From contig JAHYJE010000008.1 of NCBI GenBank assembly GCA_019429105.1, forward strand, positions 2,931 to 66,930: a stretch of DNA of 64,000 nucleotides. Reading direction: 5' to 3'. Below, one piece after another: positions 41,251 to 49,030 of the stretch. A program made the position numbers and the translations under genes. The notes beneath the pieces were generated by a model. It was not told where the DNA came from. It ran no database searches and saw nothing but the letters and a program-made list of their open reading frames with translations. Origin of the DNA: Syntrophobacterales bacterium (GTDB taxonomy: Bacteria; Desulfobacterota; Syntrophia; Syntrophales; UBA5619). Positions within the stretch are counted from its first letter, which is position 1. The number at the start of each line of letters is the position of its first letter.

Positions 41251-41655
41251 TCACACCTTTTCGCAGAGCTCCACCAGAACCCCGCCGCTGTCCTTCGGGT
41301 GAAGAAACGCGATCTTTTTTCCCCCGGCCCCCATCCGCGGCTTATGGTCGATCAGCCGGAAATTTTTTGCCTCCAGCTCGCGCAGCGCCTCTTCCAGATT
41401 GTCCACCGCGAAGGCGATATGTTGGATTCCTTCACCTTTGGCCTCAATGAATTTGGCAATGGGACCGTCCGGGGCGGTGGACTCCAGCAGTTCGATCTCG
41501 ACAGCGCCAAGGGGAAGAAACGCGGTCTTCACCTTTTGTTCGGCAACCGTTTCTTCGCCTTCCAGCTTGAGCCCGAGCAGCTCTGAATAGAATTTCAAGG
41601 ACGCATCGATGCTTTTTACCGCAATGCCAATGTGGTCTATCTTGACGGCTTTCAT
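41251..41655 (-). CDS. mce: methylmalonyl-CoA epimerase (VOC/glyoxalase fold)
   Basis: 134 aa. IDHIGIAVKSID.SLKFY...LG, VEIELLE, GIQHIAFAVDNLEEAL, GGKKIAFLHPKD.GGVLVEL. Confidence 0.85.
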   Translation of the reverse strand: MKAVKIDHIGIAVKSIDASLKFYSELLGLKLEGEETVAEQKVKTAFLPLGAVEIELLESTAPDGPIAKFIEAKGEGIQHIAFAVDNLEEALRELEAKNFRLIDHKPRMGAGGKKIAFLHPKDSGGVLVELCEKV

Positions 41656-41798
41656 AATTCCCCCCTGTTTTTTTCCGGAAATGCAATTTTTTGATGGCCG
41701 GCGAGGGATACCAGAAGGCGCATTTTATGTCAAGCGGGGATAGTCGGCCTTTTCTTTGTTTAAGGTGCCGAAAACACAAATATTATTTTATAACAAAA

Positions 41799-41972
41799 GA
41801 GCCAATTGCAAAACTATTTGTCATTCCCGAAAGCGGAGCTTAATGTACACAATGCTTCTATCGGGAATACGGTTTTTCAAGCAGTTAGAACCAGATTATG
41901 AACATTAAACTTCGTTTTCCCGCTTAAAATCATTGCGGGAATGACAGAATGTGAGAGTTTTGCAATTGGCTC
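41799..41972 (-). mobile_element. MITE-like element, copy D (174 bp, inverted, more diverged)
   Basis: GAGCCAATTGCAAAAC...GTTTTGCAATTGGCTC, flanked by AAAA/AAAA. Its interior is the reverse complement of copies B and C, with substitutions. Confidence 0.8.
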
Positions 41973-42009
41973 AAAAGGCAGATTTTTGGTTTGTGAAACC
42001 CCGGAACCC

Positions 42010-42037
42010 TTGACAAGTTTTTAGTGATGCTTATATT
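42010..42037 (+). promoter_or_regulatory. candidate sigma-70 promoter for the hsp20 pair
   Basis: TTGACA (42010-42015), 16-nt spacer, TATATT (42032-42037), about 110 nt before the ATG at 42149. Pattern match only. Confidence 0.45.
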
Positions 42038-42148
42038 ACGCCAGAAAGAGCTAACGCAAATAATAACATGATGTTAGCTCAGTGCCATGGTCGTCTGCCC
42101 GGAATTTATTGCCGGGTAGTAATAAAAAACTCTTATGGAGGTGACGAT

Positions 42149-42592
42149 ATGTTTGAAACAGGCTTATGGAGATTTGGAGGTTTTGTGGATCCCTCCCGGG
42201 ACGTGCGGCGTCTGCGGCAGGAGATGGATCGGATTTTTTCTGACTTTGCGCAGCCGGTTTCCCGGGAATTCCCTGCGGTAAACGCCTGGATTGGCGAGGC
42301 GGATGCGGTTGTGACGGCGGAGTTGCCCGGTATCGATCCGAGCGCTGTTGAGGTCTCGGTGGTTGGCGATACGCTGACCATAAGCGGCTCGCGCGAGGCG
42401 ACGCCGCTTATGGAGGGGGAAAGCTACCACCGTCAGGAACGGGGAGTCGGCGGCTTCAGCCGCAGTTTGCAGCTCCCGTTTCATGTCGATGCGGACAAGG
42501 TTGAGGCGAAGTACGAAAAGGGGATAATCGGGATAACCCTGCCCCGTTCCGAGGCGGAAAAGCCGAGAAAAATTTTGGTCAAGAACCAATAG
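42149..42592 (+). CDS. Hsp20/alpha-crystallin small heat-shock protein
   Basis: ATG at 42149 preceded by GGAGGTG. ...AELPGIDPSAVEVSVVGDTLTISG...F.RS..LPF.VD.DKVEAKYEKGI..ITLP. Confidence 0.88.
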   Translation: MFETGLWRFGGFVDPSRDVRRLRQEMDRIFSDFAQPVSREFPAVNAWIGEADAVVTAELPGIDPSAVEVSVVGDTLTISGSREATPLMEGESYHRQERGVGGFSRSLQLPFHVDADKVEAKYEKGIIGITLPRSEAEKPRKILVKNQ

Positions 42593-42603
42593 GGGGTGAA
42601 ATT

Positions 42604-43005
42604 ATGAAGAATATTGTTGAATATGAGAAGAAACCTGTTCAGGAGGCGGCCGGGGTGGAGCGCACCCATAACCGGCGGGTTTATGTCCCGAAGGTTGATA
42701 TAATCGATACGAAAGAGTCCGTTATCCTGTATGCGGATATGCCCGGGGTCGATGAAGGTTCGGTGGACGTGACGATCGACAAGAACGTTCTCAATATTTC
42801 AGGCGTTGTCAACCTTCCTGAATTCAAGGGAATGAGCATTGCCTACGCCGAGTACGAGGTCGGCGATTATGATCGCTCCTTTACAATCTCCGACGATATT
42901 GACCGTGAAAAGGTGGAGGCGCTGGTAAAAAACGGGGTTCTAAAACTCGTTCTGCACAAGGCGCCGGAGGCCGCCGTCAAGAAGATAACCGTCCGGGCTG
43001 AATAG
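42604..43005 (+). CDS. Hsp20/alpha-crystallin small heat-shock protein
   Basis: ...YADMPGVDEGSVDVTIDKNVLNISG...YDRSFTISDDIDREKVEALVKNGVLKLVLHK. Confidence 0.88.
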   Translation: MKNIVEYEKKPVQEAAGVERTHNRRVYVPKVDIIDTKESVILYADMPGVDEGSVDVTIDKNVLNISGVVNLPEFKGMSIAYAEYEVGDYDRSFTISDDIDREKVEALVKNGVLKLVLHKAPEAAVKKITVRAE

Positions 43006-43015
43006 CCGGGCGCGC

Positions 43016-43049
43016 AAAAAAGCCGGAGGGAAAACCACCCGGCTTTTTT
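43016..43049. terminator. bidirectional rho-independent terminator
   Basis: AAAAAAGCCGG-agggaaaaccac-CCGGCTTTTTT, between convergent genes (hsp20 stop 43005, lipoprotein stop 43103). Confidence 0.7.
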
Positions 43050-43102
43050 GTGTACGTTCCAGATGCTGACATTCCCCGCAGGTGCAGCCGGCAAAGAAGA
43101 TA

Positions 43103-43504
43103 TCACTTGCCATTCACCCTGAATTTTGTGACGAAATATACCTTGTCAAAGGTGCGATTCAAGGCTTTGCTCTTGAATTGTTCTACGAACGGCGCCTCGG
43201 AATATTCGATTTCGTCGCCGACATTGATCTTGGCCTGCTTGGCGCCCACCCAGATTTTTTTGCCATTTTCCACCACCTGCATAAAGGTGTAAGCGCCCCC
43301 GTTCAGGGTGGCTACAACCTTGCCTTTATGGTCTGACGCCGCCGGTTGGGACTGAGGCGCAGCGGCAGCGGTATTTTGCGCCGGTGCAGGCGCCGCGGCC
43401 TGCGGGACGGCAGTCGCAGGCGCTTCTTCCTGAGGCTTGTCTTTGCATCCCGCTGCGGCGATTGCCAATACTGCCGCTGCTGTCAACAACTGTCTTTTCA
43501 TCAT
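43103..43504 (-). CDS. small lipoprotein, unknown function (last gene of the cytochrome unit)
   Basis: Lipobox AIAAAGC, Ala/Pro/Gln-rich linker, then a roughly 75-aa globular C-terminus. No family recognised. Confidence 0.55.
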   Translation of the reverse strand: MMKRQLLTAAAVLAIAAAGCKDKPQEEAPATAVPQAAAPAPAQNTAAAAPQSQPAASDHKGKVVATLNGGAYTFMQVVENGKKIWVGAKQAKINVGDEIEYSEAPFVEQFKSKALNRTFDKVYFVTKFRVNGK

Positions 43505-43578
43505 TTCTCCTTTGGTACGCTGTATAATTTATAAACGCTTCATGCTGGCCGTCGGCGATTATACCCTCATAAAATCAA

Positions 43579-44316
43579 TCAGTGGCAGGCGCTGCAACCG
43601 GAACTGCCGGCGATTATCTGTGAGCCATGACACGCTAAGACACTGCAAGATGAAATGCCGTTGGCTGCAACGTATCCTTCATGCAGGCTGGAATTGTCCG
43701 ACCATTCGAGCGGATGTTTGGATGTCGGCCCGCCGAGATGACAGTCGCTGCAGGAACGACCGCTTTGAAAAACCCCGTCCAGATTTGCGCCGTGGCAACT
43801 GGCAGTCGCGCAGCCGGCAGTGCCGTTCGTCTTGGCGTAGTTCCCGTGCGAGGTGCCGGGCAAGGTCGTCCACTCAGGTGGATGGTAGGCATTCGGCCCG
43901 CCGAGATGACAGGCGCTGCAGGAGGGGCCGCTTTGGAAAACCCCTGCCAGGTTTGTGCCGTGGCAACTGGCGGTCGCGCAGCCGGCCGTGCCGTTTGCCT
44001 TGGCGTAGCTGCCGTGGAGGGCATAGGCATAGGCTCCCCACTGGGTGGGATGGTAAGAAGCATGGTTGCCGATGTGGCAGGTGGTGCAGGATGTCTGGGC
44101 AATACCGCCCTGGTAATCCGCGCCATGACACTCGGCGCATGTTTCCATGTTAGCCTTGGCCGCCGTCTTATGGCCGGTGGGCAGCCAGCCGGTAGGATGC
44201 CCCGTAGAAGAATCAAAACTGGACTGGGAACTGGAGCTCCCGCATCCCGCCAGCGCGAAGACGGAAATAAACAGCAGCAAGGCAAAGGTCAAAGAGGTTT
44301 TTGTTATCTGTGACAT
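43579..44316 (-). CDS. multihaem c-type cytochrome lipoprotein with CX4CH...CXXCH repeats
   Basis: ATG at 44314-44316 preceded by GAGAGGTG. Lipobox FALAGC. Five CXXCH (CAECH, CTTCH, CSACH, CSDCH, CSACH) and three CX4CH (CATASCH twice, CSVLACH). Two near-identical modules of about 54 aa. Confidence 0.85.
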   Translation of the reverse strand: MSQITKTSLTFALLLFISVFALAGCGSSSSQSSFDSSTGHPTGWLPTGHKTAAKANMETCAECHGADYQGGIAQTSCTTCHIGNHASYHPTQWGAYAYALHGSYAKANGTAGCATASCHGTNLAGVFQSGPSCSACHLGGPNAYHPPEWTTLPGTSHGNYAKTNGTAGCATASCHGANLDGVFQSGRSCSDCHLGGPTSKHPLEWSDNSSLHEGYVAANGISSCSVLACHGSQIIAGSSGCSACH

Positions 44317-44741
44317 GTCTTGCACCTCTCATTGTTTTGTCTTCCGTGGCATTTCGCGCAGGAAGCCGGGTTGATCCTGCCTTCGATGCGGTGGCGACTC
44401 AGGTAATCGCCGCGGTGGGGCAGGTTACGTTCAGGAGAAGTCTTGTATTTATCGCTTGGTTTGAGCTCCTCCTTGTAGGCATGACAATCTGCACAGAAGG
44501 ATTCACGGTGGCAAGAGGAACATACAGCCCTCTGTCCCCCGGCGTAGTACTTGTGCTTGCGGAAAAAATCATCGGCCTTGTGATTCAAGGCGCCAAACTG
44601 ATTCTCGTGGCACTCGCCGCAGTTGACAAGCCCCTTGACTTCCTGCGGGTGCTTCCTGGCGAGACTGGCGCCGTTGGCACAGGCATAAACAACCAATCCC
44701 ATTATAATTATTCCTGCATACGCAAACAGTTTTTTCTTCAC
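44304..44741 (-). CDS. pentahaem c-type cytochrome (signal peptide / possible lipobox)
   Basis: 145 aa. CGECH, CSSCH, CADCH, CAKCH, CKTCH. Its start overlaps the barrel gene stop (ATGA). Confidence 0.85.
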   Translation of the reverse strand: MKKKLFAYAGIIIMGLVVYACANGASLARKHPQEVKGLVNCGECHENQFGALNHKADDFFRKHKYYAGGQRAVCSSCHRESFCADCHAYKEELKPSDKYKTSPERNLPHRGDYLSRHRIEGRINPASCAKCHGRQNNERCKTCHR

Positions 44742-46039
44742 TTGCCCCCCCCTCCTGCACCGAACGTCTTGTCGAAAGAATAGGTGAGCTTTATCAGCCC
44801 CATTAAATTATGATCGAAATCAATGCTTTTTGAATAGTCAACAGCGACGGCCAATTGCAATTGCTCGGAAATTCCATACCCCACCCCCACCGAGGCACAA
44901 TAGGTGTTTTTAATGCCGCTGATGGCGCTGTCGTACTTAACATCGAAAAAGTCGGCCATTAGAGATGCTTTCCCTAATGTTTTTGAGGCAAACAGGCGAT
45001 ACTCATCATAGGTCAGCCTGGCAGTTTCCCCGGCCATACGATGGAGGGAAAAGCCGACCATAAATGACTCGGAAGCTGTAAAGGTTGCTTTGCCGCCGAA
45101 GTATTTTGCCTCCCCGGCAATTTTATAATCGTAGTTTCTGTAGTCCACAACCAGCGCCAAACCCTCTATGGGGCTCACCTCAATGCCGCCTCCCAGGGAA
45201 AACTGTCGCTCATCGGGGTCAATGATACCTGTTGTCAGGCTGAAGACGCTTGTCGTCATCTGCTGGAAATAGTCCCGGTAATTTATACCTGCCAGGTCGG
45301 CGCTAATTCTCAGATTACCCAAGGGATTGAAGGTAAGCGCATAGGCATGCTCCATCCAGCCGGAGGTAACAGAATTGTAGGAAGAGCGGCCGGCTAAGTC
45401 AAGTTTCGGAAGCGGATGAAGCCAAAGGTCAAGGCCGGCTTCCTCCCTGATCCGGTTGCCGTCGTAATTCGTTTGCAGGATGCTTAATCCGAGCGAATAG
45501 TACTTGGGAACGCTGTGGGAAAAACGACCGCCGTAAGTCACATCGCCGCCCTTGAAATTAGGTTCGGTGACAACAGGCGCCCCTACATAGGCGGCGGCGC
45601 CGAATCCGCCGGCAAAATCACTGTGCAGATAAAGACCGTCGAGTCTTTCAGCAGCCACGCCTTCCGCGACAAACTGCCTGCCGGCGGTAAACTGGAGGTT
45701 GTTATTATTGCCCTGGTAACTTACATTGCCATACTGAAAAGCTCCCTCTGCGCGGCCTCCGGGTCTTCTATCACGGGTGTCCAGACGTCCCCAACCTCCG
45801 AAATCGCCGGACAGGGCGCCTTCTTTCAAATCGTTTTCAATTCCAAGGCTCAAATACTCGTAGATAGGCAAGAGCTTGCGGTCGTCCGCGGCCCGTTCCA
45901 TGCGCAAAATTGTCTGGGATTCCCCGCTTACGGAAACGGCTTGCCCGACATTCGGCAGGAGAAGAAAGAGCAATAAGGAAACGCCGATGCACAAGGCAAA
46001 AATGATTGTACATCTTTTCTTTTCATCAGGGATCATCAA
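44738..46039 (-). CDS. outer-membrane beta-barrel (porin-like) protein
   Basis: 433 aa. Signal peptide, many alternating-hydrophobic strands rich in Y/G/aromatic girdle residues. Penultimate motif LIKLTYSF, followed by a short G-rich tail. AAGGAGG lies upstream. Confidence 0.7.
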   Translation of the reverse strand: MMIPDEKKRCTIIFALCIGVSLLLFLLLPNVGQAVSVSGESQTILRMERAADDRKLLPIYEYLSLGIENDLKEGALSGDFGGWGRLDTRDRRPGGRAEGAFQYGNVSYQGNNNNLQFTAGRQFVAEGVAAERLDGLYLHSDFAGGFGAAAYVGAPVVTEPNFKGGDVTYGGRFSHSVPKYYSLGLSILQTNYDGNRIREEAGLDLWLHPLPKLDLAGRSSYNSVTSGWMEHAYALTFNPLGNLRISADLAGINYRDYFQQMTTSVFSLTTGIIDPDERQFSLGGGIEVSPIEGLALVVDYRNYDYKIAGEAKYFGGKATFTASESFMVGFSLHRMAGETARLTYDEYRLFASKTLGKASLMADFFDVKYDSAISGIKNTYCASVGVGYGISEQLQLAVAVDYSKSIDFDHNLMGLIKLTYSFDKTFGAGGGGK

Positions 46040-46313
46040 GACATAGCCTCCTTGATTAGAATTAGCCGACCGGGACGCCGGCAGTCTGTTTATTTCTCAA
46101 TCCCGCTATACGGTCTAAATGCCCTTGCGCAATTATCTTCTGCTGTAAAAACGCAGACAACGATCGCGAGTTTGCTAAATGCATTAATTACCAAGCAAGC
46201 GATATTCTGTTGTTGCCAGCTTTTGACTATGTTCCTCCGCAGTTCTTTGCGTGGCGTTTGCGGACTATAGATAATGAAAATAAATAAAGCAAGTTCTTTG
46301 AACGCCAAAACAT

Positions 46314-46343
46314 AAAAAAGGCGGGTCGCAACCCACCTTTTTT
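46314..46343 (-). terminator. rho-independent terminator after the decahaem cytochrome gene
   Basis: Minus strand: GGUGGGU-ugcg-ACCCGCC followed by TTTTTTAT, with an A-tract on the other side. Confidence 0.75.
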
Positions 46344-46412
46344 ATTGTATTGCCTTTGTTGAGCCGCCTTCATTGGGAATAGAGGTGGGCCGAAGCCCAC
46401 CTCCTGACCCTG

Positions 46413-48938
46413 CTATTTGAAGGCTGACATAATTTTGGTAATTACCGTGTCAAATACCGTGCTGTCGGTTGCGACCGTACGATAACCATTGTCCTTGGTG
46501 TGCTGGCTGAAAGATACCAGACCGCCTAGGTCATCTCTGTTGATCATATTGGTTCTGTGGCAAGAACCGCAGGCCCGGGCCGCAGGACCGGTTACATAGC
46601 TCGGTACGCCGGTGATGCTTCTGGTTCGGCCTTTAAGGGTGTCTCTTGAGGCCGAAAGTGTGCCGCCCAGTGATTTGGCTTGATCCGGCACATCAAACGT
46701 GCCCGCAGCGTGGCAGGATTTGCAGTTCTTCGTCGTGAACGTGGGATAGGAAAAGAACGTTTTGGCTCCCAGGTCGCCGGTTTCCAGTTTGTATTCCATC
46801 AGTGTGAACGGATCCGCGAAGTCGATATTATGAATATCGAACGGCTGGTTCGAATGGATCGCGTGTACGTAGGAATCGATGGATCTTCCCTGCATTTCCA
46901 AATGGGAACCGCCGGGGCGCGTGGTATGACACAACCGGCAACCCACGACGCCTGCATTCCCGTACTGGGCTGAATGGAAGGTGATTCCCAGCGCTCCGTG
47001 GCAGTTTTCACAGCCTGTTGCCACATTGACGATGGGGCTGGCGGAAGCGATAAACGCATTTGTAGCAATATTGAAGGTCTTCGAGGCGGTTGCCACGGGA
47101 ACGTTATAATCCGCTGTTACCGGTGACGTCGCTTCGAGGTTGGTGCTATCATCAACATTGCCGACAACTTTTGTCAGCTTCGGAAGGACTGCAATTTCCA
47201 TCCGCTTTACTGTGCCGTCGGTGATCAGGCTGGACCAATTAGCCAAACTTGCCTTGACTTCCCATTTGCCGGCAGCCGCGGAGATTGGCGTGAAACGAGC
47301 ATTTGTCGTACCCCAGTCAAATTCCAGATTTCTGGCGGTATCGATGGTTCTGCCGTGGGCATCAACGATGAAATCTTTGGTGTTGTAGCCATACAACCCC
47401 ACGATGACCTTGGGCACAATGTCCGTTACGGCCAGGGTGGTGAGGCTCCCGGGATCACTTTTGGCTGCGCTGAATTTGATCGTCAGATCCGTGCCGCTCA
47501 GCGTGGCGCTGTCGACGGTTACCGTGAAGATGTCCTTCCACTTTTTGGCTACCCCGGCAGTGACACCGGCATAGATCTTCTTGTCGTAGCCGGAGTGAAT
47601 GGAGCTGAATGTCTTAGCAATGCCGGTAGCGCTGTGGCACGTATTGCACACTGCCGTAGTTGAGGTGATATTATGACCTGCCAGTGTTGGCAACGAAAGT
47701 TTGGAATCGCCCTTGAACGGGTGGCAGCTCTTGCATGTTTCAATCTTGAACTGGGCATCCGCCGTAATGGTGGCGGTTTTACCTTCGTGGCAGACGGTGC
47801 AGTTCGACATGGACTGCGGATAGAGGAATTCCATGGCATGAGGCATGTGCACGTCATTCATGAGCGTCGTTTTATAGCCGTACTCGGTTTTCTGGGCGGC
47901 CGTCAAGGCTGTCCCCGCGTTGTATGAAGCGGCCAAGGTAGGATCGTTCACGGCCAGGGGCCATTCGAAATGGCCGCCCGTGCCATCGTCCTTATGGCAG
48001 GGCTTACAGGTATAAAATTCCGTGGCTGAGGTTATCCCGATTGCTTTCGTGGCGCCCTGGATATTGCCATGCTTGCCGTAGGGTATGGTATGGCATTTTT
48101 CACAGCCGGCGACATTGGCGGCAGATGTGTAACCGACAGTGCCTATTTTCAGTACCGCCGCGTAGGGGTATTTCACCTGTTTGACGCGTCCACCCGGAAC
48201 AGTGCCAAGCAACTCGTCGTAGCCATACACAGTGATCGTGCCATTGCTAGCCGCTAAATTGCCCAGGTCGATGGCGTTGTAAGTGCTCGTGCAAGTACCG
48301 GCGCCATCATCGGTGAGCGTACCTTTCATAGTTGTACGTCCTCCTGCTGCCGCCGTAACAGGATTGGCCGGGAAAGTCGCACCGTCATAATCTGACCAGT
48401 AAATATTCAGGTTGTCTGCATCTTTACACGAAAAGTCTGACCCCAATTTGGTCATTTTGAAAGTGACTGTGGTTGTGCCTGCGGCGTAGGCGTAGGTTAT
48501 GTTTGACACCTGGATGCCCGCCGCATCAATCTTGTTTAGCTGATCATAGTACGCCTGATGGTCAGTGCCGGCGGTTTTATGGCAAACAGCGCATGATTCA
48601 GGGCTGACCGAAGCTGCAACGGACACTGCGGCATTGGCGGAAGTCTGCAGTGCCGACCATTGGGCTTCAGTCCCGCTATAACTCAGGGCTGCTGCACTTG
48701 CGTAAGATAACGACAGTAACTGCGCTTGAGTGCCGGTGAAGCCGGCAGCTTGCGCGGTTGCATATTGGCTGGCGGATGCGGCTAACGATGCGGCGTCAAC
48801 TGGAGCCGCAGGGCCAGCGGGACCGGCAGGCCCGGCAGGCCCGGCGGCACCCGCACTGCCATCGCTGCCGCTGCAGCCAGACAGGGCAAAGACGCTTAAA
48901 ACGATAAATAAAACAAATAACGGAAAGCTCTTTTTCAT
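46413..48938 (-). CDS. decahaem c-type cytochrome lipoprotein (OmcA/MtrC-like layout)
   Basis: 841 aa. AAGGAGG RBS. Lipobox ALSGC followed by a (GPA)n linker. Ten CXXCH (CAVCH, CEKCH, CKPCH, CTVCH, CKSCH, CNTCH, CENCH, CRLCH, CKSCH, CGSCH), separated by two long haem-free beta-rich segments. Confidence 0.85.
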   Translation of the reverse strand: MKKSFPLFVLFIVLSVFALSGCSGSDGSAGAAGPAGPAGPAGPAAPVDAASLAASASQYATAQAAGFTGTQAQLLSLSYASAAALSYSGTEAQWSALQTSANAAVSVAASVSPESCAVCHKTAGTDHQAYYDQLNKIDAAGIQVSNITYAYAAGTTTVTFKMTKLGSDFSCKDADNLNIYWSDYDGATFPANPVTAAAGGRTTMKGTLTDDGAGTCTSTYNAIDLGNLAASNGTITVYGYDELLGTVPGGRVKQVKYPYAAVLKIGTVGYTSAANVAGCEKCHTIPYGKHGNIQGATKAIGITSATEFYTCKPCHKDDGTGGHFEWPLAVNDPTLAASYNAGTALTAAQKTEYGYKTTLMNDVHMPHAMEFLYPQSMSNCTVCHEGKTATITADAQFKIETCKSCHPFKGDSKLSLPTLAGHNITSTTAVCNTCHSATGIAKTFSSIHSGYDKKIYAGVTAGVAKKWKDIFTVTVDSATLSGTDLTIKFSAAKSDPGSLTTLAVTDIVPKVIVGLYGYNTKDFIVDAHGRTIDTARNLEFDWGTTNARFTPISAAAGKWEVKASLANWSSLITDGTVKRMEIAVLPKLTKVVGNVDDSTNLEATSPVTADYNVPVATASKTFNIATNAFIASASPIVNVATGCENCHGALGITFHSAQYGNAGVVGCRLCHTTRPGGSHLEMQGRSIDSYVHAIHSNQPFDIHNIDFADPFTLMEYKLETGDLGAKTFFSYPTFTTKNCKSCHAAGTFDVPDQAKSLGGTLSASRDTLKGRTRSITGVPSYVTGPAARACGSCHRTNMINRDDLGGLVSFSQHTKDNGYRTVATDSTVFDTVITKIMSAFK

Positions 48939-49030
48939 AAAAATCCTCCTTTTCGATTTAAATTGTTTAAGAAGAAGCTGATTTATTGCCCTTCATCTTT
49001 GCTCTTCGCCAATTAGAGCTGTATCCTGTA

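Noticed and set aside
46384-46401. Perfect hairpin GGTGGGC-cgaa-GCCCACC just after the decahaem gene stop, considered as its terminator
   Set aside because: No U-tract follows on the minus strand. The hairpin at 46314-46343, with TTTTTT, is the better terminator. This one may be a stabilising stem.
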